A model generated the notes under the pieces. It made no database searches and was not told the DNA's origin. It saw nothing but the letters and a program-made list of their open reading frames with translations. From IMG/VR virus record IMGVR_UViG_3300045988_084041, positions 1 to 40,374 of that record: a DNA stretch of 40,374 nucleotides; one strand, given 5' to 3'. Made by a program: the position numbers and the translations under genes. Position 1 is the stretch's first letter. Every line of letters starts with the position of its first letter. This stretch comes from a virus. Shown here piece by piece: positions 7,041 through 15,828 of the stretch.

Positions 7041-7928
7041 CTAATAATCTTTTTGAGTTTCTGTTCTAAAATCACCTCTCAATGCTGAACATATAAACTC
7101 AGAATCTTTCTTTACTAGCGGTAGTCTTTCGTGCCAATTTTTATATACAGTACATGGTATGCCCAATCCAGTATCTAAAAAAACAAAACGAATACTATCA
7201 TCAGTTTCTTCAGCAAATAAATACCACGAATTTGCTGAAGAAGATTGCATTGTTTTTTTAGTATAGGCATGATTCTTTGTGTTGTCCATTAATTCTACTA
7301 ATATATTGTATAATGATATTGTTTTAATACGGTCAATATTACATATCGTCTGAACCATTTCACATGCCTCCCTCGCAATGTCAGGAGTATTTTTTGTTCC
7401 ATGCCTAATTTGAATCTTATTGCTACGAGGTATTATGTGAGTTCTATTTGATTTTACATAGTCCAAAAAACCCGATTCGGTTAAAATGCGATGAACACTT
7501 TTGTCTTCAGGAAATGTACCTTTGAAACTGTATTTTTTTAATATGTTACTATGTAAATCATTCATTAATGCTATCAAATACATCAATGCATCCGTATCAA
7601 TTTTTTGAATATCACTTAAATCCAAGAAGAAAATAACTTTTTTATTCGTTCTTTTAGTTCTATTCATTTGATACAGAATATAATTAAAAAAACCTATGGT
7701 TTCCTCAGTATTATCCATAATACTGAAATTTTGTGGGGCTTGGCATTTTATAGTAATCGAATGAACATCATGAATAATTTGATTGTCACATTCTATTTCT
7801 CTTTCCAACATATATCTTTCTGAAGTTCGACGTCTATTCTTGTTATATTTAGTGATAAACTTCAACTTTTTCTTACATCTATTATCATGCCAAATTTTAT
7901 TTTTTATTTTCCTTTTTATAATATTCAC
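7041..7928 (-). CDS. STAS-like + GHKL (Bergerat-fold) ATPase-like protein, basic N-terminus; accessory gene
   Basis: N-box-like LVELMDNTKNHA and G1-box-like FLDTGLGIP. Upstream STAS/anti-sigma-antagonist-like stretch VIFFLDLSDIQKIDTDALMYLIALMNDL. Very AT-rich (15/60 GC at 7561-7620). The start codon is uncertain: the GTG at 7928 has GGGGG abutting it. No G2 box before the TAG stop. Confidence 0.6.
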   Translation of the reverse strand: MNIIKRKIKNKIWHDNRCKKKLKFITKYNKNRRRTSERYMLEREIECDNQIIHDVHSITIKCQAPQNFSIMDNTEETIGFFNYILYQMNRTKRTNKKVIFFLDLSDIQKIDTDALMYLIALMNDLHSNILKKYSFKGTFPEDKSVHRILTESGFLDYVKSNRTHIIPRSNKIQIRHGTKNTPDIAREACEMVQTICNIDRIKTISLYNILVELMDNTKNHAYTKKTMQSSSANSWYLFAEETDDSIRFVFLDTGLGIPCTVYKNWHERLPLVKKDSEFICSALRGDFRTETQKDY

Positions 7929-7945
7929 CCCCGAATCACATTATG

Positions 7946-7974
7946 ATTTTAACACAAAATATAACTCTTGTCCA
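7946..7974 (-). promoter_or_regulatory. Promoter for the GHKL-like gene
   Basis: On the minus strand: TGGACA (7974-7969), a 17-nt spacer, then TGtTAAAAT (extended -10, 7951-7946). Confidence 0.5.
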
Positions 7975-8052
7975 TATATACATAATATTTTTATATTTTC
8001 ATTTTTAAGAGTTCAACCAATTATAATCATAAATTGTAGCTTTTACCTCATA

Positions 8053-8844
8053 TTATTTACTATACAGGCCACAACGGTATTCACGCACAATAGTTCGTAG
8101 GTCCTTATAAGATAGTCCCAATCTCCCTTGCTCGTCACCGACCAATGCGCCGTAATCTTGCGCGGCTTGTACTGCCGTTCTTGCCCACGATGGCATGTTG
8201 CCATCGTTATAGTCATACACCATTGTACTTTGCACTACGGCTTTTAACTCCTTGTTTTCTATTTGTAGTGCTGAAATAGCCGCCTCCTGTTTCTCTATTA
8301 GATTTTTTAATTCATTGTACTGCTCCATAGTTAATTCCTCACTTCCTGTTAATCGTCTTTTGAAATTATCCCATAGCTCCGGCTGACGTACGAACGGTTC
8401 GGGACACTTTTTATCCCACACATCATAGTGTCGTAATACGTTTTCTACCGGCACACCGTATTTATTCATCAAATACCGTGTTAATTTAATTGTCTGTTCC
8501 ACAATCCCGTCACGAATATAGTATTTACCGTCCGCACCGATACGGCTGCACATTTCAATCGAAATACTGTTCATATTCCTACAATACGGGTGTTTGTAAA
8601 TTTTTGTACCACCGACAGCCCACGCCGCCCATTTATCGGGTACAGATTGATATATTCCGTCATCACCGATAAAATAATGTGCAGACGCACCACGATTTGC
8701 ACCGCTGAAATAATTGCAGTTGTTCAATGCCGTATCGCCGTTATTTGACGTAAAATGAATGACGATATATTTAATATCGCCATTCCTATATGTATAACAG
8801 TTGGACGGGTGACACTGCGGACCCTGTTTGATTTGAATATCCAT
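8053..8844 (-). CDS. Endolysin, N-acetylmuramoyl-L-alanine amidase (Amidase_2/PGRP type) with C-terminal coiled-coil/binding region
   Basis: IVIHFTSNNGDTALNNCNYFSG...ASAHYFIGDDG is typical of Amidase_2. The gene is directly downstream of the holin. Confidence 0.85.
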   Translation of the reverse strand: MDIQIKQGPQCHPSNCYTYRNGDIKYIVIHFTSNNGDTALNNCNYFSGANRGASAHYFIGDDGIYQSVPDKWAAWAVGGTKIYKHPYCRNMNSISIEMCSRIGADGKYYIRDGIVEQTIKLTRYLMNKYGVPVENVLRHYDVWDKKCPEPFVRQPELWDNFKRRLTGSEELTMEQYNELKNLIEKQEAAISALQIENKELKAVVQSTMVYDYNDGNMPSWARTAVQAAQDYGALVGDEQGRLGLSYKDLRTIVREYRCGLYSK

Positions 8845-8846
8845 AC

Positions 8847-9254
8847 TTATTCCTCCGTATCATCTTCGCCGCGCAGTTGTAGCAATATATCTTTCAACTT
8901 TTGTGGCATTCGCGGGTAAATTACCGCCACATTTTCCAACACGCTTATACCCTCATTTGCTATGTAAAACATAATGACAATTTCACGAATTGCGACGTTA
9001 TCGCCTGTAATCTGTTGCAGGACGTTTGATAACGCTACTATAATTAATATAGTAATCTTTTTGAGCAGTCCTTTAAAACCAATCTCACTCGACATTGTTT
9101 TTGTGTAGATTGCCTTGATAATACCTGTCAGATAATCCAGCACCATTATCACCAACAGCGCCCATAAAATACTATCCCATTGACCGAATATTGCGGCGAA
9201 AAAACCGCCTACAATTCCAATAACCGTACTTGTCCAATTAAAAATCTTATCCAT
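8847..9254 (-). CDS. Holin (phage_holin_4_1 / toxin-secretion holin type)
   Basis: Three hydrophobic segments and the conserved LVIMVLDYLTGIIKA motif. Its position upstream of the amidase fits. Confidence 0.8.
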   Translation of the reverse strand: MDKIFNWTSTVIGIVGGFFAAIFGQWDSILWALLVIMVLDYLTGIIKAIYTKTMSSEIGFKGLLKKITILIIVALSNVLQQITGDNVAIREIVIMFYIANEGISVLENVAVIYPRMPQKLKDILLQLRGEDDTEE

Positions 9255-9257
9255 AAA

Positions 9258-9380
9258 TTAACCCTCCATAATCTCCTGTTTCTCAGCTTCTGTAATAAAA
9301 CCTGCTTTGACAAATACATCAAGCTGTTTCTTGGTATATAGCCCCTTTTTGTAATATCTTTTTATCAATGCCTTATTCAT
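9258..9380 (-). CDS. xkdX: XkdX-family small protein (40 aa)
   Basis: Below the track cutoff. My translation: MNKALIKRYYKKGLYTKKQLDVFVKAGFITEAEKQEIMEG, matching the XkdX pattern (YY.kGl.t..qv..fV.kg.IT..ey..It). The ATG overlaps the upstream stop, and the stop is 3 nt before the holin ATG. Confidence 0.7.
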   Translation of the reverse strand: MNKALIKRYYKKGLYTKKQLDVFVKAGFITEAEKQEIMEG

Positions 9381-9750
9381 TGCTGACACCTGCCTTTAAC
9401 TCTGCAATCTGTAGTAACAGCATTGCGTTGATTTCATCCTGTGTCAGCTCACCGTTCATAACAGACTGAACATATTGTTTCATATCCGACATACTGTCAA
9501 ATGTTTTTGACTGTATCTGTGACAGCTGTTCTGATGTCGGCTGTTCCAACGTTACGTCTGTATGCTGAATTTTTGCAATTTCTGTGTCCATATCGAAATT
9601 GTCGTCAGTTTCGGCGAATTTGTTATTTACAACACTGCGTTTTATACGCAATATATCCCTGTCGGTATGTATTCCGTACACTGTGCCGTCAATTTCAACA
9701 CCGTGTTCATAGAAATACGCTGTTCCGTTTTTCATATAAAATTTGTACAT
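9373..9750 (-). CDS. Hypothetical protein between tail fibre and XkdX (XkdW-position), 125 aa
   Basis: Track ORF trimmed to the ATG at 9750, which has AAGGAGG 6 nt upstream. Confidence 0.6.
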   Translation of the reverse strand: MYKFYMKNGTAYFYEHGVEIDGTVYGIHTDRDILRIKRSVVNNKFAETDDNFDMDTEIAKIQHTDVTLEQPTSEQLSQIQSKTFDSMSDMKQYVQSVMNGELTQDEINAMLLLQIAELKAGVSNE

Positions 9751-9761
9751 ATTCGACCTCC

Positions 9762-12467
9762 TTAACTCCATGCAACCGTATTACCTTCAGCCACACAACC
9801 TTCGTCCAGTTGACCTATTGAGCTTGCACTTGTGACATTGCCCGTTACAACCGACGAAGCGTTAGCTTCGATAACGTACAGATTTTCTAATATGTTTGTT
9901 GCCGCAGATAATAGAATCACATTATCACGACAAAATGCCTTGTTTGCATAAAGGATATTATATCCCTTAACTTCTGTACTATCTGTTGTTATAATAGACA
10001 GATTTTTAATATAATTGTTTGCAAATGTTGCTTCTACACCCAAATCAAAAGCGCAGTCACCTTCTTTTACCTTTAATCCAAAGAATGTATTGTCATTGCA
10101 GATACTTCTCAATTTGACTGCTATACACTCGTTCAAATCTAACGAAATAAATACATTATTGGCTGTATTACCTGCCAGTGTAATATTACCGATATCACTA
10201 CTATTGAAAATATTATGATTACAAAGACTGTTGTTACCGCTGAAATATATTTCCCCTTGTGGTATGGTGTTATCTTCAAATACATTGTTTATAAATATCG
10301 ACGCTGATACAGACATTAAATATCCCGAATCTGAATTATCGGTAGTCCATATATTTGTAAATTTATTGTTATCTACAAAAACTTTTGTAAATTTCATACA
10401 TGCACCTATATTGGTTTTTGTTTTTAAGCACCAACCGTCAATAACATTGTTTGTAAATTTTGAACCACTGCACATAATGATATTACCAACGGTACTATCA
10501 TCTTGATTTACATCATATACTTCGCCTAATACACAATTATCAACGATTGCGTTACTATTGCCAAATAAAATCATAGGATTAACAGATGTTTGAGTACAGG
10601 TGGTGTTATCCTCTTGGAAATTTATATTTTTTAACTTCGCCATAATACCCAAGAAGAATATAACTTGACGTGCGGCAGGATTGGTATTTTTAAACGTAAT
10701 TGAACTACAGTAAGTACCGTCTAATGTAACTCGTATACCTACATTTAATATAGCATTATAATGACCGAACCCCGAAACAAGCCCACTGTCCTGTGTGTTT
10801 TCGTTAGTCAGTACACAATCACCCATGATATATACTACCGTGCCTCGTATGGCTCTCGACAACGCCGCCTGTATTTTTAATTCGTCGTGGTCGCCGTCAC
10901 ACACGACAAATATTTGATTTTTTGAAATGTCTGTAACTGTTTTATCAATTTCGGTGATTTTTGTTGTATTGGCAGTAATTTTTGATGTATTCGTGTTAAT
11001 ATCATCACGCAATACCGCCACACATTCATCATCATAACAAACGGCCGACTGTATTAATGTTTTCTGTTCACACGCATTTCCCGTCGGGTCACCGTTTGTA
11101 TAAAAGTTATCCGATACAATTCGGAATGAAATTGATTTAATTTCTTTGGTTACAGGGATTTCAATTTTAAATTTCGTTGTTTTATACGTTTCTGATGTGC
11201 CGTTTATCGTGATTGTTTTATCACCGGTATCAGTTGTTGTGTAATATGACTGTCCGAATGTTTCTGTTGTTGTATCAGTGTATGTAATCAATACGTCTGT
11301 TTCACCTATATTCAAACCGCCACTGTCGCAACCGTCCACAGCTATATGACGTGACGCCACATTGAATGTCAATTCTAATGTGGTTTCCGTTTTCGGTTTA
11401 CGGCGAAAATTATCAACAACAAAATTGTGATACAAATACGTTCCGTTTTCAAACGAACCCGAATATGACAAATACTGTACACCGCTGTCGTCAGTGACTA
11501 ATGTGTTGTCACTGTTGACGTATTTAGATAAATCATAAAACAGGTTATCCGTTGTCAGTTCTGTATTTATATCTGATATTTTTGCTTTCAACTCGTTGTC
11601 CGCCGCCTGTCGGTCCGAAATTTCAGTACTGATTTTTTCATTCAGTGAATGCTCTGCACCCTCTCTGTCCGAAATTTCAGTTGTCAGTTTTGTTGAAATT
11701 TCATTGACCGCCTCTAAAAACGAATTTTTATTATTGGTTTTTAGTCCGTTCAAATTGTTGATACCTGTAAACGTTTGCGCCCTGTTGTACATTGTTGTTA
11801 CTGTTGCGGTGTTATATCCTACCGTCATTAATGCGATAGTTCCCTCTTCCGGTGACGTTTCAACATCTTCAACCGTCATTGTCAGCGTACCTGTTTCGGG
11901 TGAATAATATATACAAATATATTTGTCGCCGTCCTCACCTTTTCCGCAACCGAACATTGCGGATAAATCCGCCGCCTGTATTGAATAACCGTCTAACAGG
12001 ATTTTTGATTTAACCGTGTTACCCGCTACTGTAACCGTGCCTGTACTGTGTCCTGCGTCGATACTGACAGCCATATCCGCCGCAGTCAATGAATATGTAA
12101 CAGTATGCTTTGTCGTTTCATCAGTGCCGTACAACTCTGTTTTGTCAGCCTTTTTGCTGTCTGCTGTCTGTCTTTCGGTGATTTCACTGTCAATATTACG
12201 TTGCAGTTCATTATCCGCCGCCTGTCGTATTGTTACTTCGTTGCTTATGCGACTGCTTAACGAACTATCCGCACTTTCCCTCGCTTTGGTTTCGGCTGTG
12301 ATTTTGTCTGCCAAACCTACATCAGCGTTGGTGCGTTGCGTGATTTCTGTGTCCAATTTGTCGGACAGTGTGTTGTGGTCGGTTTGAATTGCCGTGAAAT
12401 TATCGCGAACAATCTTCCACCATTTCGATAAAAATGTTTTACCGTCAAAATTAAAATTTAATTTCAT
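9762..12467 (-). CDS. Tail fibre / receptor-binding protein with coiled-coil repeats and C-terminal parallel beta-helix (depolymerase-like)
   Basis: Six copies of the E(I/V)(T/S)xRxxAD motif are present. The C-terminal third has an Asn-ladder periodicity (NNVIDG, NNKFTN, NNVFEDN, NHNIFNS, NNVFISL, NDNTFFG, NNYIKNL, RDNVILL). The gene lies downstream of Tal. Confidence 0.75.
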   Translation of the reverse strand: MKLNFNFDGKTFLSKWWKIVRDNFTAIQTDHNTLSDKLDTEITQRTNADVGLADKITAETKARESADSSLSSRISNEVTIRQAADNELQRNIDSEITERQTADSKKADKTELYGTDETTKHTVTYSLTAADMAVSIDAGHSTGTVTVAGNTVKSKILLDGYSIQAADLSAMFGCGKGEDGDKYICIYYSPETGTLTMTVEDVETSPEEGTIALMTVGYNTATVTTMYNRAQTFTGINNLNGLKTNNKNSFLEAVNEISTKLTTEISDREGAEHSLNEKISTEISDRQAADNELKAKISDINTELTTDNLFYDLSKYVNSDNTLVTDDSGVQYLSYSGSFENGTYLYHNFVVDNFRRKPKTETTLELTFNVASRHIAVDGCDSGGLNIGETDVLITYTDTTTETFGQSYYTTTDTGDKTITINGTSETYKTTKFKIEIPVTKEIKSISFRIVSDNFYTNGDPTGNACEQKTLIQSAVCYDDECVAVLRDDINTNTSKITANTTKITEIDKTVTDISKNQIFVVCDGDHDELKIQAALSRAIRGTVVYIMGDCVLTNENTQDSGLVSGFGHYNAILNVGIRVTLDGTYCSSITFKNTNPAARQVIFFLGIMAKLKNINFQEDNTTCTQTSVNPMILFGNSNAIVDNCVLGEVYDVNQDDSTVGNIIMCSGSKFTNNVIDGWCLKTKTNIGACMKFTKVFVDNNKFTNIWTTDNSDSGYLMSVSASIFINNVFEDNTIPQGEIYFSGNNSLCNHNIFNSSDIGNITLAGNTANNVFISLDLNECIAVKLRSICNDNTFFGLKVKEGDCAFDLGVEATFANNYIKNLSIITTDSTEVKGYNILYANKAFCRDNVILLSAATNILENLYVIEANASSVVTGNVTSASSIGQLDEGCVAEGNTVAWS

Positions 12468-12515
12468 TTTATCAGTCCTTTCTAATCGTAATTGATTGGG
12501 ATTTCATTAAAAAAA

Positions 12516-12530
12516 CACGCCGTAAGCGTG
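12516..12530 (-). terminator. Short GC hairpin CACGC/GCGTG followed by T7 (minus strand)
   Basis: Read directly. The stem is only 5 bp, so this is weak. Confidence 0.35.
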
Positions 12531-12579
12531 CTATGGTGGTATTCGTCTGTACATTATGTCACCTCATTTTTGGTACGAA

Positions 12580-12610
12580 AAAAGCACTCACCGTTTTGGC
12601 AAGTGCCTTT
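12580..12610 (-). terminator. Imperfect hairpin (GCACT/AGTGC core) followed by T6 (minus strand)
   Basis: Read directly. The large loop makes it weak. It lies downstream of the lipoprotein-like gene. Confidence 0.35.
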
Positions 12611-12654
12611 CTTGATAAAATCATATTTTGTTGTTATTTGCAAGATTTAATCGT

Positions 12655-13209
12655 TTATTTCAACAACGGCTGTATCTCGTCGACAAATTGGTCGTACGGG
12701 ATAACTTCATCTGAATCCATAACCGTTGTTTTGCCCGTATAAATCACATTATCACCGCTTACGGCTTTAAATGTTTTTGTATCGTAGTCGTAGTCAAATT
12801 TATATCCTGCGTCTTGAATTTTAGTCGCCACAAAATTAATCAACGCATAGTATACACCGTCTTTTTGAGTAATGAAAGCAGAGTCGTTTATATACTCTGT
12901 CGGTGGAGTGTATTTACTTGTAACTGCCATATTATCATATTCTTTCTTTTCTGATATTGTGGCGGTGCTTGTTTGGTTATCATACTGTACGTCTTTTCCT
13001 AATGCTTCACTCACTGCCCTTATCGGCAAGTATGTTGTATCATTGTATAGGAAATTATCGGCTTGTACTTCTTTACCGTCTACAACAACTTTGATTGTAT
13101 TCGGTAAAACATTTATATTCTGCCATACGTCAGCCGCGTATGCTCCCGCACACGATATAACACCCATAACGAGCATACCGCATATAAAACTTTTCATATT
13201 CCCTTTCAT
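12655..13209 (-). CDS. Secreted protein or lipoprotein with copper-amine-oxidase-N-like (stalk) domain; moron in the tail cluster
   Basis: Signal peptide MKGNMKSFICGMLVMGVISCAGAYAADV, with a possible lipobox VISC. IKVVVDGKEVQADNFLYNDTTYLPIRAVSEALGKDVQYD matches the Cu_amine_oxidN1 pattern. AAGGAGG lies 8 nt upstream of the ATG at 13209. Confidence 0.7.
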   Translation of the reverse strand: MKGNMKSFICGMLVMGVISCAGAYAADVWQNINVLPNTIKVVVDGKEVQADNFLYNDTTYLPIRAVSEALGKDVQYDNQTSTATISEKKEYDNMAVTSKYTPPTEYINDSAFITQKDGVYYALINFVATKIQDAGYKFDYDYDTKTFKAVSGDNVIYTGKTTVMDSDEVIPYDQFVDEIQPLLK

Positions 13210-13236
13210 AAAAAATACCTCCTTTGTAATACCTAA

Positions 13237-13265
13237 ATTGTACCACAAAGGAAGATTTTTGTAAA
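13237..13265 (-). promoter_or_regulatory. Near-consensus sigma-A-type promoter for the lipoprotein-like gene
   Basis: On the minus strand: TTTACA (13265-13260), a 17-nt spacer, then TGgTACAAT (extended -10, 13242-13237). It starts 6 nt after the Tal stop. Confidence 0.55.
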
Positions 13266-13270
13266 TATTT

Positions 13271-14986
13271 TTATGAAATATCTGTTATAAGTCCGCCCGA
13301 AACTGTTACAGTTTTTCCGTCTGCCGTTTGAAATGTTCCGCTTGCTCCTTGTTCAAACTTCCACTTATTTTTGCCGACTGTCGTGCCATTTCCCGAACTA
13401 AGTATGTCTAATCCATACGTTCTTAACAAAATTCCCGATATAGCGTTGTATATTTGAAAAATACACTTATTATTGTAGTATAAATTAAAATCAGTATATC
13501 TCATATCGTTGCTACTCGGTGCATTACACCACAAACCGTACCTGTTGCCGTCTGCATCGTAACTTTGAATACCGTTTTTGTCTATAACGGTCCTTGCTTC
13601 TGTGTCCGTACCCGTTGCAAATATACCCGTTATCGTTACATTACCGTTCTCGTCCATTTCGATTGTTTTCTTTTTAAGCTGATTAAACAGCTCAAAAACG
13701 AATTTACCGTCCATATTGCCGAGATTTATACGTCGTCTGCCCTTGTCGTCCTCTATGTACAGTAAATCACCGTCTAACAGCAGTTTTTTGTTATCTGATT
13801 CAACGGGGTTTTGGGTACTGTTCACCGTACCGTGAAAATAGCTTGTTTTCAGTTTATTCGCTCTGCCTGAATTTTTCTGAATAGTTTTAATCAGCTTACC
13901 CATATACCACGCGTGGTAATACGCATTAGCCAATGTAGGCTGACCGATTGTAACTGACGGTTGTTTTGCGCTGTATGGATAATACGTCATTGATACAATT
14001 CGCTGTTTATGTTCGATATTATCTTCAAAAACGTGTACTGTATCACCCAACGCAATTTTATAAAAATCACCGTACTCGGCAAGTTTACTCAAATCAACCA
14101 CGTCACCCGTGATTGTCAGTTGAGGGCGGTCAAGTCTGAACTCGTTACCCTCACCCTTTAAGTCCCACTCACCAAACGCCTTTAGCTTTTCGGGGTCATC
14201 GTAATCGCTGTAATCTCGGTACGCCTCACGAATACCGTACTTCTCGATACCCTCTTTACTGTCAATGTACGGCTTACCGCCGTTTACAGATGAAATCGTC
14301 AAATCGTCCTTGCCGTACATATACAGTCTTGTCGTCAGCTCTTGTGTGTTTCTCTCGACTGAAAGACTTGTCATATTCTTTTTTATTGACATTCTCACGC
14401 CGTTATCCTTACCGATACGCTCCACAACCGCAAATCGGTAATTATCATAGTATATTTCGCCCCTGCCGTAAGCCTCTATGACGTTTTGTATAACATCATA
14501 TGTATTTATCTTATCGGTCGGGTAAAAGTCGATTTTAACGCCGTCTGCGCCTATTCTCGTCATACCCATTTCCTTAAGTTCACTGTCGGGTATAAGCTCA
14601 AACTTTGTATCGGCTATCGCAAGTTTTATAACGTCGTATGGGTCAACACCAATCGTTGATTTTGTCACGTCCGTATCGTTGCCGATTGTCGGCAAGTGAT
14701 GGTGAAGTGCGTCATCATAGAATATTCGGTTAGCTTTCACCGTCATAATTCTTGAACCGCTGTAATCTCGCTTTACAAGTGTAATGCGGTATGCTTGTCC
14801 TTCAACCGATACTATACGATTTTCTTTTATAAGCTCCGCTTTTTCGTCTTTCATAGGGTACTTAAAAGAAACTGTGTGCGTTTCCTGCAATCCCTCGAAC
14901 ACCGCCACTTCGTACGCCTTATTCAGATACGCAAGGCAACCGCCTGTGAAGTCTGTTTCGTTCCATTCGTGTAATTTAAAAGCCAT
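13271..14986 (-). CDS. Tail-associated lysin/Tal-type baseplate protein (prophage endopeptidase tail family)
   Basis: Large protein immediately after Dit. The N-terminus is typical of siphovirus Tal (MAFKLHEWNETDF...). Start set at the ATG at 14986, which has GGAGTGA 5 nt upstream. Confidence 0.7.
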   Translation of the reverse strand: MAFKLHEWNETDFTGGCLAYLNKAYEVAVFEGLQETHTVSFKYPMKDEKAELIKENRIVSVEGQAYRITLVKRDYSGSRIMTVKANRIFYDDALHHHLPTIGNDTDVTKSTIGVDPYDVIKLAIADTKFELIPDSELKEMGMTRIGADGVKIDFYPTDKINTYDVIQNVIEAYGRGEIYYDNYRFAVVERIGKDNGVRMSIKKNMTSLSVERNTQELTTRLYMYGKDDLTISSVNGGKPYIDSKEGIEKYGIREAYRDYSDYDDPEKLKAFGEWDLKGEGNEFRLDRPQLTITGDVVDLSKLAEYGDFYKIALGDTVHVFEDNIEHKQRIVSMTYYPYSAKQPSVTIGQPTLANAYYHAWYMGKLIKTIQKNSGRANKLKTSYFHGTVNSTQNPVESDNKKLLLDGDLLYIEDDKGRRRINLGNMDGKFVFELFNQLKKKTIEMDENGNVTITGIFATGTDTEARTVIDKNGIQSYDADGNRYGLWCNAPSSNDMRYTDFNLYYNNKCIFQIYNAISGILLRTYGLDILSSGNGTTVGKNKWKFEQGASGTFQTADGKTVTVSGGLITDIS

Positions 14987-14987
14987 G

Positions 14988-15818
14988 TTATTCACTCCAT
15001 TTCATATTGTCAAAATCTACGTCGTACAAAAATTTAGGCGTGTAATTTATCTGTACAACTCCACCGCCTGTTACTGTTATTGTGTTATCCAATCCCGGGA
15101 CAAGTTCAAAGAAATCGCCCGATATATCCGTCATAAGGCTTGTATTTCCGCTGTAAGCTATCTCTTTTTCGCAGTCAATAACAATATCGCCCGTATGCTT
15201 AACAGTGATATTTTTGCCGTTATTTCCTATTGTGAAAGGATTTGTTGCACCTGTTACGGTTATAATAGGTTTGACGTGTACATCACCGATATTCGATATG
15301 TTTTTGTATGTGCCATTACCGTTTAATGTTAAATATTCATCTTGACCTATCGGAATTTCTGTATCAAGCGTCGTATATGTATCAAGGCAAGGTCCGTTCA
15401 GCGCGTCAAATATAAGCTCCGAAAAAGGCTCTGCCTTATACGTCACTGACAAAACGGCTTTTCTGCCGTCGTGTTCGGGTGTATATGACACGCTGTCCAT
15501 TACCCTTACGTTCCACTTGACAAACGGCATATCGTTAAAAATAAGCGTGCCTTTGCCCTTAAACCAACGGCTTATAGCGGTTAGCTTTTTGTTTAATTCT
15601 TCGGTACTGTCCGCACCGATGTTAAAATCAATCTGAAATTTTCGTGTATTGAAATATTCGTGACCCGACACGTCAGTAAAATCATATTCACCGTCTGTTT
15701 CGTCGGCACTTGCGGTAAACTCCTTTACCTGCGGAAATACGGGACGGTCCTTTGTTCTGACCGTCACTCGCTTAAAATCCGTTGTATTTTTGCCGTTAAA
15801 TTCAAAACCGTTACGCAT
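14988..15818 (-). CDS. Distal tail protein (Dit)
   Basis: Position directly after the tape measure, size 276 aa, and the siphovirus-type tail component pattern. Confidence 0.7.
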   Translation of the reverse strand: MRNGFEFNGKNTTDFKRVTVRTKDRPVFPQVKEFTASADETDGEYDFTDVSGHEYFNTRKFQIDFNIGADSTEELNKKLTAISRWFKGKGTLIFNDMPFVKWNVRVMDSVSYTPEHDGRKAVLSVTYKAEPFSELIFDALNGPCLDTYTTLDTEIPIGQDEYLTLNGNGTYKNISNIGDVHVKPIITVTGATNPFTIGNNGKNITVKHTGDIVIDCEKEIAYSGNTSLMTDISGDFFELVPGLDNTITVTGGGVVQINYTPKFLYDVDFDNMKWSE

Positions 15819-15828
15819 ATCTTTCCTC

